From Somniosus microcephalus (Eukaryota), in the NCBI GenBank assembly GCA_052327205.1, contig CM126202.1:80104001-80168000 (forward strand): a stretch of DNA of 64,000 bases. The letters are read 5' to 3'. The notes under the pieces are model-generated. The model worked only from the letters and a program-made list of their open reading frames with translations. It was not told the origin of the DNA and did not search any database. Below, one piece after another: positions 1-13,441 of the stretch (position 1 is the first letter of the stretch; each line of letters begins with the position of its first letter). The translations under genes and the position numbers were made by a program.

Positions 1-3000
1 ACAGAAAAAGCAGGCAATGGAACAACAATCACAGAGCGGGCAATGGAGCAACAGAGAAAGCGGGCAATGGAACAACAAACCGAGAGAGTGGGCAACGGAT
101 CAACAATCAGAGGGCGCAGGCAATGAAGGAACAAAAGCCAGAAGGAGCGGGCAACGGAACAACAATCAGGGAGAGTGGGCAACGGATCAACAATCAGAGA
201 GAGCATGCAATGGAACAACAATCAGGGACAGCGGGCAATGGAGCAACAATCAGAGAGAGCGGGCAATTGAGGAACAAAAACCAGAGGGAGTGTGCAATGG
301 ATCAACAATCAGAGAGAGCGGTCAATGGTACAACAATCAGAGAGAGCATGCAACAGAACAACAATCAGAGAGAGCATGCAATGGATCAACAATCCGAGAT
401 AGCGTGCAATGGAACAACAATCAGAGAGAGCAGGCAATGCAACAACGATCAGAGAGAGCGGGCAATTGAGGAACAAAATCTAGAAGAAGCGTGCAATGGA
501 TCAACAATCAGAGCGTGCGGGCAATGGAGGAATAAAAACCAGGGGGAGTGGGGCAATGGAACATCAATCAGGTAGAGTGGGCAATGGAGCAACAATCAGA
601 GAGAGCAGGCAACGGAAAAACAATCAGAGAGAGTGGGCAATGGAGGAACAAAAGCCAGAGGGAGCGGGCAACGGAACAACAATAAGGGGCGGCGGGCAAT
701 GGAGCAACAAGCAGAGAGAGCGGGAAATGGATGAACAAAAGCCAGAGAGAACGGACAAGGGAAAAACAATCACACAGAGAGCGGGCAATGGAGCAATAAT
801 CAGAGAGAGCGGGCAATGGAACAACAAGGAGAAAGAGCGGGCAATACAGCAACAGAGAAAGCGTGCAATGGACAACAATCAGAGAGAGCGGGTAACAGAG
901 CTACAATTAGAGATAGCAGGCAAGGGAAAAACAATCAGAGAGAGCATGCAACGGAACAACAATCAGCGACATGGGCCACGGAGCAAAAATCAGAGAGAGC
1001 GGGCAACTGAGGAACAAAAACCAAAGGGAGCGGGCAACAGAACAACAATCAGCGAGAGTGGGCAATGGATCAACAATCAGAGAGAGCAGCCGACGGAACA
1101 ACAATCAGAGAGAGCGGGCAATTGACGAACGAAAACCAGAGGGTGCGTTCAAGGGATCAACAGTCAGAGAGAGTGGGTAATGGAGGAACAAAAATCAGAG
1201 GGAGCGGGCAATGGAACAACAATCAGAGAGAGCGGCCAATGGAACAACAATCAGAGAGAGCGGGCAATGGAACGACAATCAGAGAGAGTGGGCAATGGAG
1301 CAATAATCAGTGAGAACGGAGAATGCAACAACAATCAGAAAGAGCGGACAATGGAACAACAATCAGTGAGAGTGGGCAATGAAAAAACAATCAGAGAGCG
1401 GGTAATGGAACAACTATCAGAGAGAGTGGGCAATGGAACAACAATCAGAGAGAGTGGGCAATGGAACAACAATCAGAGAGAGCGGGCAATGGAACAACAC
1501 CCAGAGAGAGTGGGCAATCGAACAACAATCAGAGAGAGTGGGCAATGGAACAACAATCAGAGAGAGAGGGCAATGGAGCAATAATCAGAGAGAGCGGGCA
1601 ATGGAACAACAATCAGAGAGAGTGGGCAATGGAACAACAATCAGAGAAAGCGGGCAATGGAACAACAATCAGAGAGAGCGGGCAATGGAACAACAATCAG
1701 AGAGAGCGGGCAATGGAACAACAATCAGAGAGAGCGGGCAATGGAGCAATAATCAGAGAGAGCGGGCAATGGAACAACAATCAGAGAGAGCGGGCAATGG
1801 AACACCAATCAGAGAGAGCGGGCAATGGAACAACAATCAGAGAGAGCATGCAATGGAACAACAATCAGGGACAGCGGGCAAAGGAGCAACAATCAGAGAG
1901 AGCGGGCAATTGAGGAACAAAAACCAGAGAGAGCGGGCAATGGAGGAACAAAAGCCAGAAGGAGTGGGCAACGGAACAACAATCAGAGAGAGCATGCAAT
2001 GGAACAACAACCAGGGACAGCGGGCAACAGAGCAACAATCAGAGACAGTGGGCAATTGAAGAACAAAAACCAGAGAGAGCGGGCAATGCATCAATAAGCA
2101 GAGAGAACGGGCAATGCAGCAACAATCAGAGCGAGCGGGCAACAGACCAACAAACAAGGAGAGCGGGCAATGGGGCAACAATCATACAGAGCAGGCAATG
2201 GAGCAACAGAAAAAGCAGGCAATGGAACAACAATCACAGAGCGGGCAATGGAGCAACAGAGAAAGCGGGCAATGGAACAACAAACAGAGAGAGTGGGCAA
2301 CGGCTCAACAATCAGAGAGCGGGCAATGGAGCCATAATCAGAGAGAGGGGGCAATGGAACAACAATCAGCGAGAGCGGACAATGGAATAACAATCAGAGA
2401 GAGCAGGCAATGGAACAACAATCACAGAGCAGGCAATGGAACAACAATCACAGAGCAGGCAATGGAGCAAGAGAGAAAGCGGGCAATAGAACAACAAACA
2501 GAGAGAGTGGGCAACAGCTCAACAATCAGAGAGCGTGGGCAATGAAGCAACAAAAGCCAGAAGGAGCGAGCAGCGGAACAACAATCAGGGAGAGTGGGCA
2601 ATGGATCAACAATCAGAGAGGGCAGGCAACGGAACAACAATCAGAGAGAGCATGCAATGGAACAACAATCAGGGACAGCGAGCAAAGGAGCAACAATCAG
2701 AGAGAGCGGGCAATTGAGGAACAAAAACCAGAGGGAGCGTGCAATGGATCAACAATCAGAGAGAGCGGTCAATGGAGGAACGAAAACCAGAGGGAGTGGG
2801 CAACGGAACAAACAGGGAGAGTGGGCAATGGATCAACAATCAGGGAGAGCAGGCAATGGTACAACAATGAGAGAGAGCATGCAACAGAATAACAATCAGG
2901 GACAGCGGGGAACGGAGCAATAATCAGAGAGAGTGGGTAATTGAAGAACAAAAATCAGAAGGAGCGTGCATTGGATCAACAATCAGAGAGCACAGGCAAT

Positions 3001-6000
3001 GGATCAACAATCAGAGAGAGCGGGCAATGGACAACAATCAGAGAGAGCGGGTTATGGAACAACAATCAGAGAGAGCGGGTAATAGAGCTACAATTAGAGA
3101 TAGCAGGCAAGGGAAAAACAATCAGAGAGAGCATGCAACGGAACAACAATCAGCGACATGGGCCACAGAGCAAAAATCAGAGAGAGCGGGCAATTAAGGA
3201 ACAAAAACCATAGGGAGCGGGCAACAGAACAACAATCAGGGAGAGTGGGCAATGGAAAAACAATCAGTGATAGTGGGCAACGGAACAACAATCAGAGAGC
3301 AGGCAATGGAACAACAATCAGTGAGAGTGGGCAATGGAAAAACAATCAGGTACAGCGGGCAACGGAACAATAATCAGGTACAGCGGGCAACGGAGCAACA
3401 ATCAGAGAGAGCGGGCAATTGAGGAACAAAAACCAGAGGGAGCGTGCAATGAATCAACAATCACGGAGAGTGGGCAACGGAACAACAATCAGAGAGAGTG
3501 GCAATGCAGCAACAGAGAAAGCGGGCAAAGGAACAACAATCAGAGGGAGCGGGCAATGGAACAACAATCAGAGAGAGCAGGCAATGGAACAACAATCAGA
3601 GAGAGCAGGCAATGGAACAACAATCAGGTGCAGCGGGCAATTGAGGAACAAAAACCAGAGGGAGCATGCAATGAATCAACAACCAGGGACAGCGGGCAAA
3701 AGAGCAACAATCAGAGACAGCGGGCAATTGAAGAACAAAAACCAGAGAGAGCGGGCAATGCATCAATAAGCAGAGAGAAAGGGCAATGCAGCAACAATCA
3801 GAGCGAGCAGACATCAGACCAACAAACAAAGAGAGCGGGCAATGGAGCAACAATCATACAGAGCAGGCAATGGAGCAACACAAAAAACCGGCAATGGAAC
3901 AACAATCACAGAGCGGGCAATGGAGCAACAGAGAAAGCGGGCAATGGAACAACAATCAGATACAGCGGGCAATGGAGCAACAATCAGAGAGAGCGAGCAA
4001 TTTAGGAACAAAAATCAGAGGGAGCGGGCAATGGAAATACAATCAGAGAGCGGGTAATGGAACAACTATCAGAGAGAGTGGGCAATGGAACAACAATCAG
4101 AGAGAGTGGGCAATGGAACAACAATCAGAGAGAGCAGGCTATTGAACAACAATCAGAGAGAGCGGGCAATCGAACAACAATCAGAGAGAGCGGGCAATGG
4201 AACGACAATCAGGGAGAGTGGGCAATGGAAATACAATCAGAGAGAGCGGGCAATGGAACAACAATCAGAGAGCGCGGGCAATGGAACGACAATCAGAGAG
4301 AGCGGGCAATGGAACAACAATCAGAGAGAGCGGGCAATGGAACAACAATCAGAGAGAGCGGGCAATGGAACAACAATCGGAGAGAGCAGGCAATGGAACA
4401 ACAATCAGAGAGTGTGGGCAATTGAGGAACAAAAACCAGAGGGAGCGTGCAATGGGTCAACAATCAGAGAGAGTGGGCAATGCAGCAACAGAGAAAGCGG
4501 GCAAAGGACAACAGTCAGAGAGCGGGTAATGGAGCTACAATCAGAGAGAGCGGGCAATGGAACAACAATCAGAGAGAGTGGGCAATGGAAAATCAATCAG
4601 TGAGTACGGGCAACGGAACAACAATCAGGTACAGCAGGCAATGGAGCAACATTCAGAGAGAGCCGGCTATTGAGCAACAAAAACCAGAGGGAGCGTGCAA
4701 TGAATCAACAATCAGGGAGAGTGGGCAATGGGGGATCATAAGCCAGAGGGAGCGGGCAAAGGAACAATAATCAGGGAGAGTGGACAACGGAACAACAATC
4801 AGGAACAGCGGGCAACGCAACAACAATCAGAGAGAGCGGGCAATTGAGGAACAAAAACCAGAGGGATCGGGCAACGGAACAAACAGGGAGAGTGGGCAAT
4901 GGGGGATCATAAGCCAGAGGGAGCGGGCATAGGAACAATAATCAGGGAGAGCAGGCACCGGAACAACAATCAGGGACAGCGGGCAACGGAGCAATAATCA
5001 GAGAGAGTGGGCAATTGAAGAAAAGAAACCAGAGGGAGCGTGCAATGGAGCAACAATCAGAGAGCACGGGCAATGGAACAACAATCAGAGAGAGCGGGAA
5101 AAGCAATGATAATAAGAGAGAGCGGGAAATGGAACAACTGACAGAGAGAGTGATCAACGGAACAACAATCAGAGAGAGCGGGCAATGGAACAGCAATCAG
5201 AGAGAGCGGGTAATGGAGCTGTAATCAGAGACAGTGAGCTACTGAACAAAATCAGGGGTAGTGGTCAATGGAACAACAATCCGAGATAGCGAGGAATGTA
5301 ATAAAAATCAGAGCGGTGGGCAATTGAGGAACAAATACCAGAGGGAGCGGGCAATGGAAAAACAATTAGGGACAGCGGGCAACAGAGCAACAATCAGAGA
5401 CAGCAGGCAATTCAGGAACAAAAATCAGAGAGAGCAGGCAATGCAACCAAAGTCAGAGAGAGCAGGCAACAGAACAACAATCAGAGAGAGCCAGCAATGG
5501 ACCTACATTCAGAGAGAGCAGGCAATGGAACAACAATCACAGAGCAGGCAATGGAGCAACAGAGAAAGCGGGCAATGGAACAACAAACAGAGAGAGTGGG
5601 CAACAGATCAACAATCAGAGAGCGCGGGCAATGAAGCAACAAAAGCCAGAAGGAGCGAGCAGCGGAACAACAATCAGGGAGAGTGGGCAATGGATCAACA
5701 ATCAGAGAGGGCAGGCAACGGAACAACAATCAGAGAGAGCATGCAATGGAACAACAATCAGGGACAGCGGGCAAAGGAGCAACAATCAGAGAGAGCGATC
5801 AATGGAGGAACAAAAACCAGAGGGAGCGGGCAACAGAACAAACAGGGAGAGTGGGCAATGGATCAATAATCAGGGAGAGCAGGCAATGGTACAACAATCA
5901 GAGAGAGCGGGTTATGGAACAACAAGCAGAAAGAGCGGGTAATAGAGCTACAATTAGAGATAGCAGGCAAGGGAAAAACAATCAGAGAGAGCATGCAACG

Positions 6001-9000
6001 GAACAACAATCAGCGACATGAGCCACGGAGCAAAAATCAGAGAGAGCGGGCAATTAAGGCACAAAAACCATAGGGAGCGGGCAACAGAACAACAATCAGG
6101 GAGAGTGGGCAATGGAAAAACAATCAGTGATAGCGGGCAAAGGAACAACAGTCAGAGAGAGTGGGCAATGGAACAACAATCAGAGAGAGTGGGCAATGGA
6201 ACAATAATCAGAGAGATCGGGCAACGGTTCAAAAACCAAAGAGAGCGGGCAAAGGAACAACAGTCAGAGAGAGTGGGCAAAGGAACAACAATCAGAGCGA
6301 GCGAGCAATGGAAAAACAATCAGAGAGAGTGGGCAATGGAGCAATAATCAGAGAGAGCAGGCAATGGAACAACAGTCAGAGATGCCGGCATTGGAGCAAT
6401 AATCAGAGAGAGCAGGCAATGGAACAACAGTGGGCAATGGAACAGCAATCAGGGGTAGCGGTCAATGGAACAACAATCCGAGATAGCGAGGAATGGAACA
6501 GCAATCAGAGAGCGGGCAGCAGCGCAACAATCAGAGAGAGCGGGTAATGGAATAAAAATCAGAGCGTGTGGACAATTGAGGAACAAAAACCAGAGGGAGC
6601 GGGCAATGGATCAACAATCAGAAAGCATGGGCAACAGAACAATAATCAGAGAGAGCCGGCAATGGAACAACAATCAGAGAGAGCAGGGAATGGAACAACA
6701 GTCAGTGAGAGCGGGCAATGGAACAACAATCAGAGAGAGCGGGCAATGGAACAACAATCAGAGAGAGCGGGCAGCAGAACAACAATCAGAGAGAGCAGAC
6801 AACGGAACAACAATCGCAGAGAGCGGGCAATGGAAAAACAATCAGAGAGAGCGCGCGATGGAACAACAATCAGAGAGAGCGGGCAGTGGAACAATAATCA
6901 GTGAGAGCAGGCAACGGAACAACAAACAAGGAGAGCGGGCAATGGAGCAACAATCATACAGAGCGGGCAATGGAGCAACAGAAAAAGCAGGCAATGGAAC
7001 AACAATCACAGAGCGAGCAGCGGCGCAGCAATCAGAGAGAGCGGGCAATGGAACAACAATCAGTGAGAGTGGGCAATGGAACGATAATCGGGGAGAGCGG
7101 GCAATGGAACAACAATCAGAGAGAGCGGGCAATGGAGCAATAATCAGAGAGAGCAGGCAATGGAACAACAATCAGAGATAGCGGGCAATGCAACAACAAT
7201 CACAGAGCGGGCAATGGAGCAACAAAGAAAGCGGGCAATGGAACAACAAACAGAGCGAGTGGGCAACGGAACAACAATCAGGGAGAGCGGGCAACAGAGC
7301 AACAATCAGAGACAGCGGGCAATTGAAGAACAAAAACCAGAGAGAGCGGGCAACGCATCAATAAGCAGAGAGAACGGGGAATGCAGCAACAATCAGAGCG
7401 AGCGGGCAACAGACCAACAAACAAAGAGAGCGGGCAATGGAGCAACAATCATACAGAGCAGGCAATGGAGCAACAGAAAAAGCAGGCAATGGAACAACAA
7501 TCACAGAGCGGGCAACGGAGCAACAGAGAAAGCGGGCAATGGAACAACAAACAGAGAGAGTGGGCAACGGAACAACAATCAGAGAGCGCGGGCAATGGAA
7601 CAACAATCAGGGAGAGTGGGCAATGGAAATACAATCAGAGAGAGCAGGCAATGCACCAACAGAGAAAGCGGGCAATGGAACAACAAACAGAGGGAGCGGG
7701 CAACGGATCAACAATCAGAGAGCGGGTAATGGAACAACAATCAGTGAGAGTGGGCAATGGAACGATAATCGGGGAGAGCGGGCAATGGAACAACAATCAG
7801 AGAGAGCGGGCAATGCACCAACAGAGAAGGGGGGAATGGACAACAATCAGAGAGCGCGGGTAATGGACCTACATTCAGAGAGAGTGGGCTATGGAAATAC
7901 AATCAGAGAGCGGGTAATGGAACAACTATCAGAGAGCGGGCAGCGGCGCAGCAATCAGTGAGAGCGGGCAATGGAACAACAATCAGAGAGCACGGGCAAT
8001 GGAGCAACAATCAGATAGAGCGGGCAATGGAGGAACAAAAACTAGAGGGAGCGGGCAACGGAACAAACAGGCAGAGTGGGCAATGGATCAACAATCAGGG
8101 AGAGCGGGCAATGGTACAACAATCAGAGACAGCGGGGAATGGAGCAATAATCAGAGTGAGCGGGCAATTGAGCAACAATCAGGGAGAGTGGGGAACGGAG
8201 CAACAATCAGAGAGAGTGGGCAATGGATCAACAATCAGAGAGAGCATGCAATGGAACAACAATCAGGGACAGCGGGCAAAGGAGCAACAATCAGAGAGAG
8301 CGGGCAATTGAGGAACAAAAACCAGAGAGAGCGGGCAATGGAGGAACAAAAGCCAGAGGGAGTGGGCAATGGAACAACAGTCAGTGAGAGCAGGCAATGC
8401 CACCAAAGTCAGAGAGAGCAGGCAACAGAACAACAATCAGTGAGAGCAGGCAATGGAGCAATAATCAGAGAGCGCGGGCAATGGAACTACAGAGAAAGCG
8501 GGCAATGGAACAACAGTCAGAGGGATCAGGCAATGGAACAACAATCAGAGAGCGCGGGCAATGGAACTACAGAGAAAGCGGGCAATGGAACAACAGTCAG
8601 AGAGAGCCGGCAACTGAACAACAATCAGAGAGCGCAGGCAATGGAACAACAATCAGAGAGAGCCGGCAACTGAACAACAATCAGAGGGAGCAGGCAATGG
8701 AACAACAATCAGAGAGCACGGGCAATGGAACTACAGAGAAAGCGGGCAATGGAACAACAGTCAGAGAGAGCGGGCAATGGTGCAACAATCAGAGAGAGCT
8801 GGCAACTGAACAACAGTCAGAGAGAGCGGGCAATGGTGCAACAATCAGAGAGAGCGGGCAATGGTGCAACAATCAGAGAGAGCGGGCAATGGAACAACAA
8901 TCAGAGAGAGCGGGCAATGGAACAACAATCAGAGAGAGCGGGCAATGGTGCAACAATCAGAGAGAGTGGGCAATGGAACAACAATCAGAGAGAGCGGGCA

Positions 9001-9200
9001 ATGGTGCAACAATCAGAGAGAGCTGGCAACTGAACAACAATCAGAGAGAGCGGGCAATGGTGCAACAATCAGAGAGAGCGGGCAATGGAGCAACAATCAG
9101 AGAGAGCGGGCAATGGAGCAACAATCAGAGAGTGCAGGCAACGGAACAACAATCAGAGAGAGCGGGCAACGGAACAACAATCAGAGAAATGGCAATAGAA
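1..9200. repeat. Complex satellite, ~28-bp unit GGGCAATGGAACAACAATCAGAGAGAGC, with higher-order blocks
   Basis: Unit is visible continuously from base 1 to ~9200. It is purine-rich on +, and all long ORFs here are repeat translations (MEQQSERAGNGTTIRESGQWNNNQRERA). Confidence 0.97.
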
Positions 9201-9425
9201 TAATAACAATAATAACAACTTGCATTTGCATAACATCGTGAAACAGCGCAAGGCTTCACAAGGGTATTATCAAACAAAATTTGACACTGAGCCACATAAG
9301 GGAGTTTTAGGCCAGTTGCTTGGTCAAAGAGATATGTTGTAAGGAGTGTCTTAAAGGAGGATAGAGAGGTAGAGAGGTGGAAATCTATAGGGAGGGAATT
9401 CCAGAGTTTAGGGCCTTGGCAGCTT
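9201..9425 (-). mobile_element. L2-clade LINE 3' fragment
   Basis: Minus translation SCQGPKLWNSLP...SLSSFKTLL.TYLF matches the ORF2 C-terminus also seen at 27135-27485. Tail is (aac/aat)n followed by ACTTGCATT. Confidence 0.8.
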
Positions 9426-11671
9426 AACACTAATTCAAGAGAGTGGACAATTGAGCTACAATCCAAGAGAGCGGGTGGGAGGACTGCATGTCGACTTGTT
9501 GGAATTGTACTGCTTTACATCAGAACCAGGCTGCACATTTTGTTGGATACATTAGGACACTTACAAATGTGGGGATTCAAAAGGCTGGGTACAGAGGCAC
9601 AGGAGCGCAGATTATCAAGGTTTAATATTTTCAGAGTCCCAGTATGGTGCACCATGCTGTTGGGAAGAGGTCGGGCGGGGAGGCAGCTGGAACCAAATTC
9701 ATGGGCAAGTGTGTTTTTTTATTGCTGCTGATTTTTTCATGTGTTTGATTTTAATTTGAAGTTAGTACTTGGGTGCCTCAATCTCGGAAAATACTTTCTG
9801 CTGGAATGTGACAGTGCAATATTTTTGGTGGCGTGCAATTGGGGAGGAAAATCGAAATTAGGGGGAAAGTTACATGCAATATGATTGGTGAATGAGAGCA
9901 GGAAATAAGCAGTTAAAATGAAGAAAATCTGATTTAAATATTTAACCAATGGGGAAGAAAATTGACATTGACTCACAGCCCTGATAAAGACTATAGACCA
10001 AAAATATTATCAAGCTGTGTACATACATTGACAATTTTGTATTTTTTTATAGTATGGTTCTCAGAGAGAGAAATCAAAGGGCAGTTGTCACAGACAATTG
10101 CGGATCACATCTTTTAGATACTAGAAAAGATTTGTGCAAGCAAAGAATAAACAAAAAACTTAACTTTTGTCATTTTTCTTATGACCACTCATTTTCTGAA
10201 CTTTTAGAAAAAGGAAGTGTTTTTATAGATTTTTTTGATTTCTGCCATTTACATGAAGTAATGATAAGGAGCGCTGACGAGCAGCAGCCCCAATGATGTG
10301 ATTCATCAAAAAAGTGTTTGGTTTACACAGAGATTAAACAAATGCCCCAGTTTCAGCACATTCAGCAGTCGTGCGGGCATATGGAACTGAAGCAAGAGAA
10401 TAAAATGTTACCAAATAGCTTGGGTTCCGCTTAAGCCTGCAGTTTTAGAAAAGCCAATTTAACGCTCCCACCGTTTTTGAAATTTATGTTTCAAATGATA
10501 TGCTAAAAAGTCCTGAAAGAAGAGACAGATCAGCCCCTCATCGCCAGACACCACTTTGCTTCCCATGTTACATTTACAATAGATTACCGGTATCTATATA
10601 TTTATTTCATTGAAGAGAAACTATTTCAGATCCTTTCAAATGATTAAGTGCATCATGTTAAAGTAACCAAAAATCATAGGGCTGGATTTCCGTATCCAGC
10701 ATTGGAACAATGCTAATAACGTTTGTAAAGGCATTTGTGAACAAGACTCACACTGAATATTAGACACGAATTGGAAACCAGCACCACTGTGTGAATGCTC
10801 AAACGATACTAACACTGAAGGCCTTTAGTTCAAGTGTCTCAGTGACAGATTTTTTGTTGCATGCTTGGTTGGAATTGCCACACGTGGCACAGGGAGTTTA
10901 AAAGGACATCCCCTCATGTGAGCAATTCCAAAATATACTTTTAAAGCTTGCAGTGGGACAGGCTGTTCAGCTCCCTGACATCATTAGGGACAGAAGCGCA
11001 CACTTTAGTAAAATAATCTGTGAAGTGTGGCATCCTGCCATTACTACATTGTCTCCAGAGTGGAGTTATTGGCTGCCGACCGCAGTGCCAATTCAGAAGG
11101 AGCCGAACGCAGTGCCAATTACTTTTTTTTAATTTTCTGCCACTTGACATAACCCATTAATGGAACTGGTCCTGTCCCACCCCGCCTCAGTGTTACAGCA
11201 TGGTGCAGTGCACAGACCCTACGGAGCCACAGTTGTGATTTCAGATCTGCGGCTTTGTAAATTAGCATGATTGTGGTGCCAATGTGGAGATGGTGTGCCT
11301 GTAAAATAAGTTTGCCTGAAATGTTTGTGTTAGTTTGTAGCAGCTGATGTGCCAAGGCTCCTTTGCACAGAATAAGTAGTATCACCGACAGGACTATCAC
11401 TGACAACACCAGGAAAGGGAGCCCACAGTTCATGTCAGATTTTTCCCCTGATCCTGGCCATCAGCAGTAGGAAACTGGTCATCAAGACCCAATTTTTCCC
11501 TTTCTTCATTTTTTTTCTGCCATCAGAGATGAGGTTGGGTAGAAGGAAGTCACCTTCTCTGTGACACCACCCAAAGCACACTGCTCCCTAGGAGTCCAGA
11601 AAACCAATTAGGTTAGGCCCACTGGAATCTGTTGTGGACACTAAACAAAAACAAAAGTTTCTGTACAAATG

Positions 11672-12722
11672 ACACTTGAGCACAAAAATCCAGGCTGACA
11701 CTCAAATGCAATATTGAGGGAGTGCTGCACTGTCAGAGGTGCCGTTTTTGGGATGATGCGTTAAACCAAGGCCCTGTCTGTCCTCTCAGGTGAATGTAAA
11801 AGATCCCATGGCACTATTTCGAAAAAGAGCTGGGGAGTTACCCCCGGTGTCCTGGCCAATATTTATCCCTCAATCAACATCATTAAAACAGATGGGCCTA
11901 GAAATTGGGTTTTGGCGCAGCAACGGCTTTAGCGCCGGAAGTTAGTGCCGGAGCTAAGTCGCGCTGGTCGGGCCAAAAATTCACTACTTCTGCGCCCAAA
12001 CGGCTGCCGGCGCTGCTGAAAGCTGTTAGCGCCTGAAAACTGGCGCTATGCGCTGAATTTCGGCGCTATTCCGGCGCTGCGGCGCCCGCTGCGGTGCGGC
12101 AGGTTCGGAAAGTGCAGGCCTCCTCCTTCCCTTAAGGAGGACCTGCCTGCACCCGGCCGCGGCCCGCGATAATCTTATTAAAAATGAGCCCGGCACCTCG
12201 GACAAGTGCCGGGCTTGCTTCTGTTCCGAGGGGGGGGGGGGAAGTCCGGGGAGGGAGCTGCGGCCAGGCGGGCGGCGGGAAAGCGGCCGGCCGCCGCGGG
12301 GCCTTTAATGCGCCGGCGCAAACTTGTGCAAGGCACCTCTGCCAGAACGTTGCTTGCGGCTGCCACGGGCGAGGCGGCCGCAAGTCAATTTCCCAGTTCG
12401 GGCGGGTTACCATGGCAACCGGGACGCTGCGCACACCGATGACGTCATCGGTGCCGGCGCAGCGCTACCGGTCTACCGCGGCGGAAGGGCCCCAGGCAAT
12501 TTAGGCGCCGGCGCCAATTGCAGCGCTAGGCCCTCTAGCGCCGCAAAATCGGCGCTAAGGGCACTGAATTTCTAGGCCATGATCTGGTCATTAACACATT
12601 GCTGTTTGTCTGTCGCATTCCCTACATTACAACAGTGACTGCACTTCAAAAAAGTACTTAATTGTATGTAAAGCACTTTGGGACGTCCTAAGGTCATGAA
12701 AGGTGCTATATACATGCAAGTT
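11672..12722 (+). mobile_element. Deu-domain SINE (SacSINE1/AmnSINE1-like) split by a MITE
   Basis: Deu core GAGGGAGTGCTGCACTGTCAGAGGTGCCG...AAAGATCCCATGGCACTATTTCG at 11716-11821. It resumes at 12579 (ATCTGGTCATT...) and ends in an L2-like tail GGTGCTATATACATGCAAG. Family name recalled from consensus, not searched. Confidence 0.8.
11895..12578. mobile_element. GC-rich non-autonomous DNA transposon (MITE) copy 1
   Basis: TIRs GGCCTAGAAATT...AATTTCTAGGCC with a 3-bp direct repeat ATG on both sides. 684 bp, interrupting a SINE. Confidence 0.88.
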
Positions 12723-12753
12723 CATTCCTTTCCTTTTCCTCATGAAATTCCAA

Positions 12754-13441
12754 GGCCTAGAAATTCAGTGGCCTGCGCCACCAGTTTGCGCCCAAAGAGG
12801 GCTTTTGCGCCAGTCTGCAAACTTCAGGCGAAATTCAGCAGGGCGCTAATGGCGGCGTTAGGCTGTAGCGCTGCGCCGCCACCGATGACGTCATCGGTGT
12901 GCGCAGCGCCCCGTTTCCGCGAAGAACGCCATATTAAGTCGCGCCCGCCTCTTCAGCGCCGGCCGCAAACAGCGACCGGTACACAGGGCCTACCTGTGGC
13001 GGTAGTGGCGGTAATTAAAGTGGAGGTGCGGCCGGCCGCTTTTTCGGCGGCCGCCTGCCCGCACCTCCTTCCCCGGCCTCCTCCACCCTCCCCCCCGCGG
13101 CATTGCCGGCTGCTTTCCGGGAGCCCGGCACTTCTCCGTTCTGCCGGGCTCTTTTGCCGGCACTCGCGATCGGGGCTCCGGCTGCTGCAGGCACCTCCCC
13201 CTTAAGAGAGGGAGGAAGGCCTGCAGTACCGCAGCCTGCCGCTCCGCTGCGGGTGGCGCTGCGGCCACTAGCGCGCCGATAATCAGTTTCAGCGCCCAAG
13301 CGGGGCGCCGAAACCCCTGTTTAGCGGCCGCCTTCCACTTGGTGCGCTGACACTGAATATCCCGCTTGCGCAAGTGGATCCGCGCGCAGCGGTAATTCCG
13401 GCGCCAGGCGAGCTGGGCGCCCCATAATGAATTTCTAGGCC
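12754..13441. mobile_element. GC-rich MITE copy 2, inverted relative to copy 1
   Basis: Same TIRs, 3-bp direct repeat CAA, 688 bp. Shares the internal palindrome and its flanks with copy 1 in reverse orientation. Confidence 0.88.

Noticed and set aside
17-9241. Dozens of overlapping ORFs (MEQQSERAGNGTTIRESGQW...)
   Set aside because: Translations of a 28-bp satellite that rarely yields stops. All frames are open and the unit is not a multiple of 3.
12132-13373. GC-rich ORFs in the MITEs
   Set aside because: No transposase motifs. They are open only because high GC content depletes stop codons.
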